DNA from: Deltaproteobacteria bacterium
GTDB lineage: Bacteria > Myxococcota > Myxococcia > SLRQ01
Reading direction: 5' to 3'
DNA: 64,000 nucleotides
NCBI GenBank assembly: GCA_007130885.1
Contig: SLRQ01000050.1
Coordinates: 38,661 to 102,660 of the forward strand
Of this stretch, positions 37,964 through 51,682 are shown piece by piece. Numbering within the stretch: the first letter of the stretch is position 1; each line of letters opens with the position of its first letter. A program made the translations under genes and the position numbers. The notes beneath the pieces were generated by a model. The model saw nothing but the letters and a program-made list of their open reading frames with translations. It was not told the DNA's origin and did no database searches.

Positions 37964-38979
37964 CTTTGAAGCGCGCTTCCGATCATGTACTCGGCGGCGT
38001 CCGCCAGTCGCCGGGCGTATGCCCATTCGTTGTCGTACCAGGCAAGCACCTTGACCATGCGGTTTTGAAGAACACTGGTGGAGGGACCGTCCACCAATGC
38101 GGACCAGTTGGTCTTTATTATGTCCGCTGAAACCAACTCCTCGTCCGTGTATCCCAGGATTCCGTGAAGCCTGCCTTCACCGGCTGCCTTGCGGAAAGCG
38201 TCGTTCACCGAGTTTGTATCCGTTTCCTTACGGGTCTCCACAACGAAGTCGATGATCGAACCATCGATTACGGGAACGCGCATTGCCATGCCGTCGAGGC
38301 GTCCCTTGAGGTTTGGAAGCACCTCGGCGGTGGCTTGGGCGGCTCCAGTGGTGGTTGGGACGATGGATGTGAGAGCCGAGCGTCCACGGCGGAGCTTCTT
38401 TGCCGGTGCGTCTACCAGCTTCTGGCCGCTGGTGACGGCGTGCACGGTCGTGACGAAACCTCGCTCTATGCCGAAGTACTCGTCCAGAACTTTTGCCACG
38501 GGCGCGACGCAGTTGGTAGTGCAAGACGCGTTCGAGACCACTTTGTGGTTGTGTGGGTCGAAGCGCTCCTCGTTGACGCCGTAGCATATCGTGAGCTCCG
38601 TGCCCTTTACAGGAGCGCTCACCAGCACGTGGTTTGCACCGGCTTTGAGATGGCTCGCCGCGCTGTCGCGGTCGGTGAACACTCCGCTGCATTCCAGGAC
38701 CAGGCCGACCTCCATCTCCCCCCACGGGAGATTCGCGGGGTCCTTCTCGTTAAAGAAGCGGATCTTCGTGTCGTTCCAGCGAATGTACCCGTCGCCGGCG
38801 GATATGCGCGCATCGGGTGGTCCGTGAACCGAATCGTGCTTGAGTAGGTATTCGATGGCCTCGGGAGGGGCGATGTCGTTTATCCCGACTATTTCGAACT
38901 CATACCCGGCTTCCATGATTTGTCGAAATGTCAAGCGGCCTATCCTGCCGAAGCCGTTGATTGCAATACGCGAATCCAT
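37960..38979 (-). CDS. gap: Glyceraldehyde-3-phosphate dehydrogenase, type I
   Basis: MDSRIAINGFGRIGR (GGAGG RBS), SNASCTTNCVAP active site, WYDNEWAY. Confidence 0.9.
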   Translation of the reverse strand: MDSRIAINGFGRIGRLTFRQIMEAGYEFEIVGINDIAPPEAIEYLLKHDSVHGPPDARISAGDGYIRWNDTKIRFFNEKDPANLPWGEMEVGLVLECSGVFTDRDSAASHLKAGANHVLVSAPVKGTELTICYGVNEERFDPHNHKVVSNASCTTNCVAPVAKVLDEYFGIERGFVTTVHAVTSGQKLVDAPAKKLRRGRSALTSIVPTTTGAAQATAEVLPNLKGRLDGMAMRVPVIDGSIIDFVVETRKETDTNSVNDAFRKAAGEGRLHGILGYTDEELVSADIIKTNWSALVDGPSTSVLQNRMVKVLAWYDNEWAYARRLADAAEYMIGSALQS

Positions 38980-39223
38980 GAGGTTGCCTCCGGTTGCATG
39001 GGTGTAGCCCGACAAGACACGCTCGATGTCGCGCCCAGCCCCCTCTTGGCGGCCGCCTCGTCGGACTACGGTCGTTTAGGCATGGTGGATTCATGCCGCA
39101 ACACCCCCGTAAGTGATGCCGGCGAAGGAGGGTGCCGCGAAACCTTTTTAGGATCACTTGGCCTCGTCACGGGGCACTCGAGGCCCGGGAGCAGTGCGAT
39201 GAGACGAGACCAGTGTGATTAGG

Positions 39224-40366
39224 CTAGGCTCTATCCTTTAGGATTCTCGCCACTGCCCGGGCATCTATGTCGCGGTGCTCGCCCAGGCGCATGTCCGTCT
39301 CCTCGAATCTGCGGCTCACTATCTTCGCGGCCTCCGCCGCGTCGATGTCGTAGTCGGACAGCTTCGTGGACATGCCGGTATCGAGAAAGAATCTCTCGGT
39401 CCTCTCGATTGCTTCCTCCGCTGAGTTCACGCCGAAGATCCTGTCGCCGTATTGCTCGAGCTTGGGCCTTTTCGCTTCGATCTTGTGACGGAGAACGCCG
39501 GGGAGGACCACCGCCAGGGTGGCTCCGTGGTCCAGGCTGTAAAGCGCTGTAAGCTCATGGCCTATTGCGTGGGTTGACCAGTCCAAAGGGACGCCCATGG
39601 CCAACAACCGGTTCAATGCTTGCGTGGCGCACCACATGAACGTCGCGCGGGCATCGTAATCTGGAGGATCGGCCATGATCGCCGGAGCTTGCTCAACAAG
39701 TGTCGCGAGAACCGCCTCTGCCTGCCTGTCTTGGAGAGGTGCCTTGGCGGGGTAGGTCGCGTACTGCTCCATGACGTGTACGAAAGCGTCGACTATGCCG
39801 TTGCGGATCTGCCGGGGGGGTAGGGAGTATGTCGTCTCCGGATCGAGAATAGAGAAGCGAGGGAAGACGGTCTCGGCGCCGAATACTTTTTTTACCTTCC
39901 ATTCACGGCGTGAGATCACGGCGTTTGGATTCGCCTCGGAACCCGTGGCCGGAAGAGTGAGCACGGATCCGAAAGGTAATGCTCGTTTCACTGCGGCGCC
40001 GCGTGTCTCCAGAATTCGCCACGGCTCACCTTCATCGAAGCAAGCCGCGGCCGCGATGAACTTCGTCCCGTCCAGGACCGATCCGCCGCCCGCGGCAACG
40101 ACGAAGTCCACTCTTTCCTCTCTTGCGAGTCGGGCGGCGCGAAGAAGGGTCTCGTACTCCGGGTTGGGCTCGATTCCGCCGAAATCGACTACGAACCGGT
40201 CCGCGAGCGCGGCCCGAACTTGTTCGTAAACCCCGTTCTCCTTGATGGAACCGCCACCGTATGTAACCAGCACGCGGTTGCCGTCCGGAATGAGATCATC
40301 AAGCCTTGCAATCCGTCCTCTTCCAAGGATCAGGCGTGTCGGGTTGTAGTATGTGAAGTCCTTCAC
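39224..40366 (-). CDS. Iron-containing alcohol dehydrogenase
   Basis: 380 aa; GGGS(V/L)xD NAD motif (VVAAGGGSVLDGTKF), Fe-ADH His cluster. GTG start with AAGGAGA RBS. Confidence 0.8.
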   Translation of the reverse strand: MKDFTYYNPTRLILGRGRIARLDDLIPDGNRVLVTYGGGSIKENGVYEQVRAALADRFVVDFGGIEPNPEYETLLRAARLAREERVDFVVAAGGGSVLDGTKFIAAAACFDEGEPWRILETRGAAVKRALPFGSVLTLPATGSEANPNAVISRREWKVKKVFGAETVFPRFSILDPETTYSLPPRQIRNGIVDAFVHVMEQYATYPAKAPLQDRQAEAVLATLVEQAPAIMADPPDYDARATFMWCATQALNRLLAMGVPLDWSTHAIGHELTALYSLDHGATLAVVLPGVLRHKIEAKRPKLEQYGDRIFGVNSAEEAIERTERFFLDTGMSTKLSDYDIDAAEAAKIVSRRFEETDMRLGEHRDIDARAVARILKDRA

Positions 40367-40417
40367 TAGTTCTCTCCTTGACTCGAGTAGTCACCGGGGG
40401 ATGAAAGAGATTCGTCA

Positions 40418-41653
40418 ATGGATACCTTGAAAAGTTCGCGGTCTTCGGAATTGCCTCCAAGAGGCCGGTTCTCGGAGCTATGGGACCTGGACCCCGAAGT
40501 AGTGTACCTAAATCACGGAGTCTTCGGGGCTTGTCCGGCCGCCATCCGGAAGAAGCAAACCGCGATCCAGGCGCGTATGGAACTCCAGCCGGTCCGTTTT
40601 TTCGAAAGAGATCTTCCAGGCCTTCTCGATGCGGCCAGGCAGAGTACCGCGGCTTATCTCGGTGCCGAGCCCGAAGGGCTGGCGTTTGTAACCAACGCAA
40701 CCGAGGGGGTGAACGCCGTGCTGCGCTCTTTCCCCCTGGAATCGGGAGACGAGGTGCTGGTTACGGACCACACCTATGAGGCATGTTTTCGAGCTGCCGG
40801 TTTTGTATCGCGGAAAGCCGGGGCCCGTGTCGCCGTAGCGAGGATTCCGTTTCCCCTCGCCGAGCCGGAAGAGGTGGTCGAGAGGGTTGTCGACGCCGTC
40901 ACGGAACGAACGCGTATTGCCGTCATCGACCATGTTACGAGCCCCACCGGTCTCGTGCTGCCTGTCCGGGACCTTACCCGTGAGCTCGAGTCACGAGGAG
41001 TGGCGGTGCTGGTAGACGGTGCTCATGCCCCAGGAATGGTCCCTTTGAGAATAGATGAGCTCGGCGCAAGCTGGTATGCGGGCAACTTCCATAAATGGCT
41101 CTGCGCGCCGAAGGGTTCGGGGATGCTTTGGACTCGAGAGGACCGGCGTGAATCGACAAGGCCTCTGTGCATCAGCCATGGAGCGGGCACTTCGGTGGAG
41201 GATAACCAGCGGTATCGTCATGAGTTCGATTGGACCGGAACCCGCGACTTCAGCGCTTGGCTCGTCGTCCCCGACTGCATCGAGATGCTGGGCGGTCTTC
41301 GAGACGGTGGATGGAAGGCGCATATGAGCGAGAATCGCGCTCTCTCACTTCGTGGTAGAGAGCTTTTATGCGGCAGACTGGGAATGGAAGCGCCGGCGCC
41401 GGAAGACATGATCGGCTCGCTTGCCGCGGTCCCTCTTTCCCCGGGACCGCCTCTAGGTACATCGAGTTCCATGGAGCCGCTGCAAAAGCTTCTTATAGAC
41501 AAGTGGAAAGTGGACGTTACCGTCACCAGATGGCCGTCGGAACCGAGTAGGGTGCTTCGCATTTCGACTCAAGCGTATAATGGCGTGGAGGAGCTGGAGT
41601 ATCTTGCCGAGGTACTTCCGGCCGCGCTAAGTGAAGCCGACCGATGCGGTTGA
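40418..41653 (+). CDS. Class V aminotransferase (isopenicillin-N-epimerase/cysteine desulfurase-like, PLP-dependent)
   Basis: 411 aa; fold-type I pattern with NFHKWLCAPKGSGML (PLP-lysine region). Confidence 0.75.
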   Translation: MDTLKSSRSSELPPRGRFSELWDLDPEVVYLNHGVFGACPAAIRKKQTAIQARMELQPVRFFERDLPGLLDAARQSTAAYLGAEPEGLAFVTNATEGVNAVLRSFPLESGDEVLVTDHTYEACFRAAGFVSRKAGARVAVARIPFPLAEPEEVVERVVDAVTERTRIAVIDHVTSPTGLVLPVRDLTRELESRGVAVLVDGAHAPGMVPLRIDELGASWYAGNFHKWLCAPKGSGMLWTREDRRESTRPLCISHGAGTSVEDNQRYRHEFDWTGTRDFSAWLVVPDCIEMLGGLRDGGWKAHMSENRALSLRGRELLCGRLGMEAPAPEDMIGSLAAVPLSPGPPLGTSSSMEPLQKLLIDKWKVDVTVTRWPSEPSRVLRISTQAYNGVEELEYLAEVLPAALSEADRCG

Positions 41654-41669
41654 CTTTGTGGGGACGGGC

Positions 41670-44600
41670 ATGATCGAGCTGATTTACTCCAACAGGACCG
41701 AGATGCTGCTGCGGCGTTTGGTGTCCGACATCTCCGAAGGACGCCGCTCCGGCATGCACCCGTTGGACCAGGTCGAGCTGGTGGTCCCCAACCGAAACAT
41801 GGAGACTTGGGTGCGACTCGGCTTGGCCCAGGCAATGGGGGTAGCCGCCAACCTTAGGTTCAGAAGGCTGGAGGAGTTCGTTGGAGACATCGTCGAAGTC
41901 GCCACCGATGGGAAGGTACGGCTTGCCGGCCTCGATTTGGTCGAGTCCGCGGTTCTTTCCGTTCTTCTCGATGACGATGCGTTGGGCCGAGATGACCTCG
42001 AGCCGGTTCGGCACTATCTGGAAAGCGGAACGGAAGGCGCGGGGCATGATCGCGTTCTCGAGGCGGATGGTTTCGACCTGCGAGCCGTGCAGCTGGCGGC
42101 CCGCATGGCTCTTCTATATCAAGAGTACGTTTTTTCCCGGCCGGAAATGATAGCCGCCTGGCGGACGAAACCTGACGACCTGTTTGGGACTGATTCCCTG
42201 CTGACGCGTACTTCCAAGCTTTCGCAGTCGCAGGGACGAAAAGACCTGGAGTCAACGGCGGTCTGGCAGCGCGCGCTCTGGAGGTTGGTGTTCGGGGAGG
42301 GAGGTGTTCTGTCGGCAAGTCCCCCCGCGGGCGGTGGGAAGTGGACGACGCTCGACATCTTGGTGGAGGACCAGAGCGTGTTGGAGCCACTCCGGGATGC
42401 GTCGCTTCCAGGAATTCATGTTTTCGGAGTGTCGTACGTTGCACGGTTGTTTCAGCTTCTTTTCGCCCGGCTGGGTGAGGCAACTGATCTTCGCGTCTAT
42501 ACCCTGAACCCCTGCGCCGAGTACTGGGAAGATCTGGCAACGGAACGCGAGAAATGGCGCAGGTCCGTCTTTCGCGCCGCGAGACGCGGGGACGACGATG
42601 AGGATCCTTTCGGTCTGTCGGAGGCTGACAACCCGGCTCTTCGCTACTGGGGCCGGCCGGGACGCGAGCACATACGGCTTCTAGGAGAGCTGACGGAGTG
42701 TGATTTTACGAGTGCTTTTCAAACCCCCAACTCCGATGGAAGCGGCGGTCTTCTTCACCGCCTTCAAGAAGACATTTTGGCGCGCGAGCCGGAGCGCGTC
42801 GTGGGCGGCGACATCGCGGCTCCGGACGCGACCATCAAGCTCGTGGCGGCACCCTCGGTGCGCCGTGAGGTCGAGTGGGTGGCCGACGAGATCTGGCGGT
42901 TGATGCGGGATGACCTGCCGGGGAAAGGGGAGATGCCGCTGCGCTTCAACGATGTGGCCGTCATTGTCAACAGCGCAAGCAGGGATGAGTACCTCCCCCA
43001 CATAGAAACTGTCTTCTCCGCTTGTCACCACCTCCCAAGCAGTGTGTCGGACATCTCGGCCGAGGCGGGCAGCCCTTTGATCGAGGCGATGAAGATGCTG
43101 CTAGATCTGCCGTTCGGGTGTTTCTCCCGGGCCGAGATGCTCGCCTTGATGGGACATTCCGCGGTCACCGGCGGCTTCGGGGATATCAGTGCCGATGACC
43201 TTGCGTTTCAGGCGGAGGCTCTGGGAATAGTATTCGGTGCCGATCGGAGCCATCACGCCGGAACCTACATAGACGAGGACGTGTACAACTGGGACCAAGG
43301 TGTTCGCCGCTTGGCTTTGGGGGCTTTCATGACCGGCGAGAAAAGCGGCGACGAGCGGGTCTTCGAGACCGACCAAGGCAGGTGGCTGGTGGAGGAGCTG
43401 AGAGGTTCTTCGATGTCCTCCGCCGCTCACTTCGGTCTTCTGGCTCGTTCTCTCATAGCGGATGCGCGGTTCGTGCGCGAACGCAAAATGACCCTTTCCA
43501 GATGGGCACGGTTCTACCAGGCTCAGGTGGACGCCTATCTGAACGTTGCCGGTGATGGGGACGAGCGGGATCGCCTGCGGTGCTTGCGAGCCCTTTCGAC
43601 CCTGGAGGCTCGCGACCTCGGTGGTAAGGTGAGCGGTAGGATAGCGGCAGAGTTCGCGGGCAGGGCGCTTTCCGGTCTTACCGGCGGCAAGGGCCAGTAT
43701 CTGGCCGAAGGAGTGGTCATCTCCTCGTTCCTGCCCATGCGCGCCATTCCGTTCCGAAACGTCTTCGTGCTTGGACTTGGGGAGGGCCGATTCCCGGCAT
43801 CGAGTAGGCGCGACGCGCTGGATCTTCGGGCGGCCGGCCGTAGAGCGGGCGACGTCGATCCCTCGGAGCGCGATCGCTACATGTTCTTGGAGACGCTTCT
43901 TTGCGCTAGGGACCGTCTCTATTTGTCGTATGTTCGGCGTGATGAGCAGACGGGGAGCGACCTCGAGCCCTCCGCGGTAGTCCAGGAGCTCATGCACATT
44001 TTGAGGCGAGGTTACGTTGGAGAGGATGGAGAAAAGGATCTCGTGGTTCACCCGCCGCTTCGCCGTCATGTGGATGATGCCGACACCTTCATGGACGAGG
44101 CGCGCGTGGAAGCCAGGGTGGAGAAGCTTGGATCGGGACTTCCTGTTGATATCCGCGAGATCCAGGAGGTCGTGGGAGAGCAGACATGGTCTCGGCTCTC
44201 TTCGATGCTGGGTCTGCCGGGTGTGCCGCCCAGCATCTCGGCGGATGGCCCCGGCGTCACCGGATCGATGTCGAGCTCGAAGCAGCTTGTCGAGGGTCAC
44301 ATCCCCATCTCCATTCCGGCACTTCGAGGGTTCCTCGAGTGCCCGATGCAGGGATGGGCCAAGTTGGTGTTGGGGCTTGCCGAGGATGACGAGGACCTGG
44401 TGGACCGCGAAGAGGAGGACTTCGAGGTCGGACGCGCCATGGAGACCGTTCTGCTGCGAGAGTCATTCCTGGACGCGGCGGCGAGCGAATCCGATCCGAA
44501 CGAGATCTACGAGGACCGCGCGCAACGTCTTCGGTTGGCGGGCCGGCTACCCGTGGGGGCCCTCGGCGATATCCATGGAATACGGCACCGGGACGTGCTC

Positions 44601-45368
44601 GCGGGTTGGGGCGAGACGCTCTTGGAGCAATGCGGCGCGAGGAATGGGCGCTCTTTTGCTTCAGGTCACTCCCTGGAGCTCCCTTCATTGCACCGATATC
44701 GTCTGGGCCGCTCCGGTCGGCAGGCTCATGCGGAAACCGTCGTCGATCCCTTGGTCCTGAATGTACCCTCGATAGAGAGCACGGAGGCGACGGTACAGGT
44801 TCACATCACGGGCCGCACGGAGGGAGTCAGCGCTGACGGCTCGACTTCTTTCGTGTTCAGACCCGGCAAGCCGCCCTCGGGGAGGAGAAAGAACGGGGCA
44901 CTGTTTCGCCATCTCCTCCGAGGTCTAGTGGATCATGCCGTCCTTTCCGCGAAGGGGCTGGCGGGTGACAGCGACCGCCAGGTGTTGTTGTGTCACGCCG
45001 AGGATAGCGAGAACCGGCACACCTGCGGAGTCATCATGAGGGTGATGGCTCCCGAAACGGCGCGCTCCTGGTTGACCAGTGCGGCCGAAAGTATTCTCGG
45101 TGGGCATCATGCCTACCTTATGCCGGTAGAGGCGGTTCTAAATGCCGCGCGTGTCGCGCCACCCTCCGATAGCTTCTCTCCGGACGGCGAGCTGTTTCAT
45201 AGGGAAGCGGCGGCCATGAAGGATGAGGAGAAGACCTTTTCGAGCTGCTGGGGGCCTGTACCCGATCCTCGCAGCTATGACATTCCGCTCCCGGACGATG
45301 CCGCCGACTTGATTCGTCTTCGCTTCGGGCCCCTCTTCGACCACATTCTGGATTATATCGGCTGGTGA
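41670..45368 (+). CDS. recC: Exodeoxyribonuclease V gamma subunit
   Basis: MIELIYSNRTEMLL N-terminus is typical of RecC; ~1230 aa; followed by recB and recD. The track start 41631 overlaps the preceding gene, so 41670 (ATG) is preferred. Confidence 0.85.
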   Translation: MIELIYSNRTEMLLRRLVSDISEGRRSGMHPLDQVELVVPNRNMETWVRLGLAQAMGVAANLRFRRLEEFVGDIVEVATDGKVRLAGLDLVESAVLSVLLDDDALGRDDLEPVRHYLESGTEGAGHDRVLEADGFDLRAVQLAARMALLYQEYVFSRPEMIAAWRTKPDDLFGTDSLLTRTSKLSQSQGRKDLESTAVWQRALWRLVFGEGGVLSASPPAGGGKWTTLDILVEDQSVLEPLRDASLPGIHVFGVSYVARLFQLLFARLGEATDLRVYTLNPCAEYWEDLATEREKWRRSVFRAARRGDDDEDPFGLSEADNPALRYWGRPGREHIRLLGELTECDFTSAFQTPNSDGSGGLLHRLQEDILAREPERVVGGDIAAPDATIKLVAAPSVRREVEWVADEIWRLMRDDLPGKGEMPLRFNDVAVIVNSASRDEYLPHIETVFSACHHLPSSVSDISAEAGSPLIEAMKMLLDLPFGCFSRAEMLALMGHSAVTGGFGDISADDLAFQAEALGIVFGADRSHHAGTYIDEDVYNWDQGVRRLALGAFMTGEKSGDERVFETDQGRWLVEELRGSSMSSAAHFGLLARSLIADARFVRERKMTLSRWARFYQAQVDAYLNVAGDGDERDRLRCLRALSTLEARDLGGKVSGRIAAEFAGRALSGLTGGKGQYLAEGVVISSFLPMRAIPFRNVFVLGLGEGRFPASSRRDALDLRAAGRRAGDVDPSERDRYMFLETLLCARDRLYLSYVRRDEQTGSDLEPSAVVQELMHILRRGYVGEDGEKDLVVHPPLRRHVDDADTFMDEARVEARVEKLGSGLPVDIREIQEVVGEQTWSRLSSMLGLPGVPPSISADGPGVTGSMSSSKQLVEGHIPISIPALRGFLECPMQGWAKLVLGLAEDDEDLVDREEEDFEVGRAMETVLLRESFLDAAASESDPNEIYEDRAQRLRLAGRLPVGALGDIHGIRHRDVLAGWGETLLEQCGARNGRSFASGHSLELPSLHRYRLGRSGRQAHAETVVDPLVLNVPSIESTEATVQVHITGRTEGVSADGSTSFVFRPGKPPSGRRKNGALFRHLLRGLVDHAVLSAKGLAGDSDRQVLLCHAEDSENRHTCGVIMRVMAPETARSWLTSAAESILGGHHAYLMPVEAVLNAARVAPPSDSFSPDGELFHREAAAMKDEEKTFSSCWGPVPDPRSYDIPLPDDAADLIRLRFGPLFDHILDYIGW

Positions 45369-45402
45369 CTTCGACCCCACCGCTGGTGCTCTCGAGGTTG
45401 CG

Positions 45403-45417
45403 CGCCCCCCAAGGGCG
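45403..45417 (+). terminator. GC-rich hairpin (CGCCC-cccaa-GGGCG) followed by a T-rich tract, immediately after recC; weak intrinsic-terminator candidate
   Basis: 5-bp GC stem, 5-nt loop, then gcgTTCTCTGTAATTG. Confidence 0.3.
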
Positions 45418-45430
45418 GCGTTCTCTGTAA

Positions 45431-45459
45431 TTGAATGCCTTTGTTGCAGCTGCTATCAG
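45431..45459 (+). promoter_or_regulatory. Sigma70-like promoter candidate for the inserted gene pair (-35 TTGAAT, 17-nt spacer, -10 TATCAG)
   Basis: Lies in a locally AT-rich 60-bp stretch between recC and ORF 45485; GAGG lies 11 nt upstream of ATG 45485. Confidence 0.3.
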
Positions 45460-45484
45460 TCAAGGCTTGTAGAGGCTAGTAGCT

Positions 45485-46507
45485 ATGAGAGCTTATCCTT
45501 TTCCAAAATGTCCCGTTTGTTTCGCCCACGACCTGTGCTTGGCGACGAGGTTCTCCAAGGCTCGAAGGCAAGGAAGATGTTACAGGGATTCAAGAAAGGT
45601 GAATCTGAGGCTGCAGGCCCGATACCTGCAAAAGTTATTCAAGGAGGCCGGTTTCGGGTACGCACTTTCCCATGAGCGGGTGCGAAAGCTTCTTCGGCCA
45701 GTGGAGATGGCGCAGGGACGCATGTCGAGACCCATCGAGTTTTCCGCCGGTTTCGAAGGAGAGCTTCAGCACTGGTGTCGATTCACGGTTGCCTACAGGG
45801 ACCAACAGCCGGATCTACTGGAGGAAGATGCGGAAATGATCGCGGGGTGTGTCGCGGAGCTTCTTCCCTACCGAAGTGAGGCGCTCGAGGCGATCCTGGG
45901 GAACCTCGATCCTTCCATGGTGATCCAGTTACTTTATGGGCTGGATTTGCGACGGGAGGGAAGTTCCAGGCAGAAGGTGTATCTTCGATTGGTTGACGGG
46001 TGCCCTGACGCGAAACGGGGATTTATCGAGAGGCTCTTGAATCAGTCCGCGGATTTTCGATGGGCTTTGCCGCCGGAGCAGCTTCGGCTCGTGGGCTTGG
46101 ACCTTCCTCATGAGAGGGAAGCCCTGGAGTTCAAGCTGTACTACCGGGCCGGGCCCAAGGAGGAGGTGGATTGGGGCGTGCACGAGGTTGCTGGGCGAAG
46201 CCTGGAACGGGTCATCGGCTGCGAAAAGCTGGAGCGTGATCTGTTATGGATTCAGCGGGTGTCGCAAAGTGAACAGGAACAAGGGAAGATAACCGAACTG
46301 GACATACACCTTCTTCATGGTGGAGTCGGAATGGATGTGGTCGAGAGGTTCGTAGAGCAGGATGGCATGAAGCTCCGACTCGATCGGTTTCGGGCTCTAA
46401 ACAGTGATTATCAAGTGGTTCCTACCTGCATGACCTTGTCTTTGGGGGACCGTGACAAGATGAACCTTTACTACATCTTACCAAGGTCAAGACGTGACGA
46501 TCGATGA
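45485..46507 (+). CDS. Hypothetical protein (340 aa) with N-terminal CPVC zinc-ribbon-like motif, inserted between recC and recB
   Basis: MRAYPFPKCPVCFAHD...; no recognisable catalytic motifs. The start could instead be MAQGRM at ~45703. Overlaps the radical SAM start by 14 nt (coupled). Confidence 0.5.
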   Translation: MRAYPFPKCPVCFAHDLCLATRFSKARRQGRCYRDSRKVNLRLQARYLQKLFKEAGFGYALSHERVRKLLRPVEMAQGRMSRPIEFSAGFEGELQHWCRFTVAYRDQQPDLLEEDAEMIAGCVAELLPYRSEALEAILGNLDPSMVIQLLYGLDLRREGSSRQKVYLRLVDGCPDAKRGFIERLLNQSADFRWALPPEQLRLVGLDLPHEREALEFKLYYRAGPKEEVDWGVHEVAGRSLERVIGCEKLERDLLWIQRVSQSEQEQGKITELDIHLLHGGVGMDVVERFVEQDGMKLRLDRFRALNSDYQVVPTCMTLSLGDRDKMNLYYILPRSRRDDR

Positions 46508-47930
46508 TCTGAAGCAGAACGCGGGACGGCGCATCGTGCTGGTTAATCCACCGGTGGCGGTCGTGGATCCGGTGCAGCTTTACTTCTACGCGGACTCGTT
46601 TCCTTTAGGCCTACATCAGATTCGCCGCTGGCTCGCCTCAATGGGCCATGAGGTCGAGCTGGCGGACATGATGGGTTATGGAAAACACGAGAAGAGCTTC
46701 GATGAGATGCTCGAGTCCGGGGAGCTGGCGCCCTTGCCGCGAATGCCGGCAGGGGCACCGGAAACCGATTTTGCCGTTTGGAGGTACGGGCAGGGTGTCG
46801 GCTGGCTGGAGAGCTGGTTCGCAGGCCGCGATTCTCCGGATGAAGTTTGGGTTTCCTGCTCAATTCTGTTCAACGCGTTTCTTGCGCATGAGGTCATTCG
46901 CTGGGTGCGAAAACGGTTCCCAGAAGCTCTAGTTCGTTTCGGGGGAGGCTATCCGACCTTGCTCCCTGAGGACGCGGCTTCCAGCGGAGCTCATGACATT
47001 GTGCAGGGGCGCATTTACGAAGCGGATGCAATGCAGCCCAGCCTCGAAGGAATTGCTCATCCACTTCATTACGTATCATTTCGCCTCACCACCGGCTGTC
47101 CAAACCGATGCGCTTTCTGTATCAACGGCCGAGACAGAATGGTCCGACACGATGCGGATGAGGTGGTGGATTTCATCCAGCGGACTCGGGAGACCCTGGG
47201 GATTAAATACTTCAATAATTGGGATCCCAATGTATTGCGTTTCAAGCCTCACCTGAAGAAGTTTTTGAGGGAGTTGGCTTCACGCGAACTTGATGTGCGG
47301 ATACGTTTTGATATGGGACTGGAGCCTCCGCTGTTGGACGATGAACTATTGGACTTGTTGGCGGTATCGGGAGTGGATGCTTTTACACTTCCATTCGAAA
47401 CATCGGATCCTGTTTTCGCGAGGTTGTTCAACAAGCCCTATACGATCATCTCCTCTATCCGCGCGGCCGTCCGAATGAGAGAAAGGAATCTCTCGATTCG
47501 AGAGTGTCACGGCACCTATGTCATTGGCTGTCCAGATGAGGAGTTCGCGGATCTATTTGCGACGTATCATGTCACACACAGGTTCGGGTTGCGTTCCACG
47601 CCGTTTCCACTGCTAGTGATTCCGGGTTCGCCCATCTTTCAACGGTATAGCGCTTTACTGAAGGGGAAGCCGAGCTCTTGCTACAATGGGCACCTGTTCC
47701 CTTTGATTCAGGACAAGGAAAGGCTTGGCCGATACCGAATGATGCTCGGTATTTTGTCGGCCAACGACGATAGATCGAAATCGCAAATAGCTGCTCGACT
47801 GCCCGAGGATTTGAGGGAGGCTTACGGGCGGGGCAGAGTACGGGGTGAAAGGCTGGTGGAGCAGGTTCTTGATACGGACGAAGAAGACAGCTTGGATCTC
47901 CTGGAGAGGTTGCATAATAAAGTGCAATGA
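46494..47930 (+). CDS. B12-binding-domain radical SAM protein (class B radical SAM, COG1032-like)
   Basis: N-terminal RIVLVNPPVAVVD (B12-binding-like Rossmann), then TTGCPNRCAFCIN (CxxxCxxC radical SAM cluster motif). GTG start. Confidence 0.75.
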   Translation: MTIDDLKQNAGRRIVLVNPPVAVVDPVQLYFYADSFPLGLHQIRRWLASMGHEVELADMMGYGKHEKSFDEMLESGELAPLPRMPAGAPETDFAVWRYGQGVGWLESWFAGRDSPDEVWVSCSILFNAFLAHEVIRWVRKRFPEALVRFGGGYPTLLPEDAASSGAHDIVQGRIYEADAMQPSLEGIAHPLHYVSFRLTTGCPNRCAFCINGRDRMVRHDADEVVDFIQRTRETLGIKYFNNWDPNVLRFKPHLKKFLRELASRELDVRIRFDMGLEPPLLDDELLDLLAVSGVDAFTLPFETSDPVFARLFNKPYTIISSIRAAVRMRERNLSIRECHGTYVIGCPDEEFADLFATYHVTHRFGLRSTPFPLLVIPGSPIFQRYSALLKGKPSSCYNGHLFPLIQDKERLGRYRMMLGILSANDDRSKSQIAARLPEDLREAYGRGRVRGERLVEQVLDTDEEDSLDLLERLHNKVQ

Positions 47931-47983
47931 TTGTGCCCTGTTGACGAGCTAGTCGGGAGCGACATTCCGACGGATCACTCGAG

Positions 47984-51678
<3,695 letters not shown>

Positions 51679-51682
<4 letters not shown>

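Noticed and set aside
39015-39223. Inverted repeats (GGCATG-N7-CATGCC; GCACT...AGTGC) between adh and gap as an intrinsic terminator
   Set aside because: No adjacent U-run on the transcribed (minus) strand; cannot distinguish from a generic 5'-UTR structure.
43101-44300. 399-aa minus-strand ORF inside recC, and 373-aa/308-aa minus ORFs (48893..50014, 50498..51424) inside recB
   Set aside because: Antisense to genes with strong RecC/RecB motif support; no motifs of their own.
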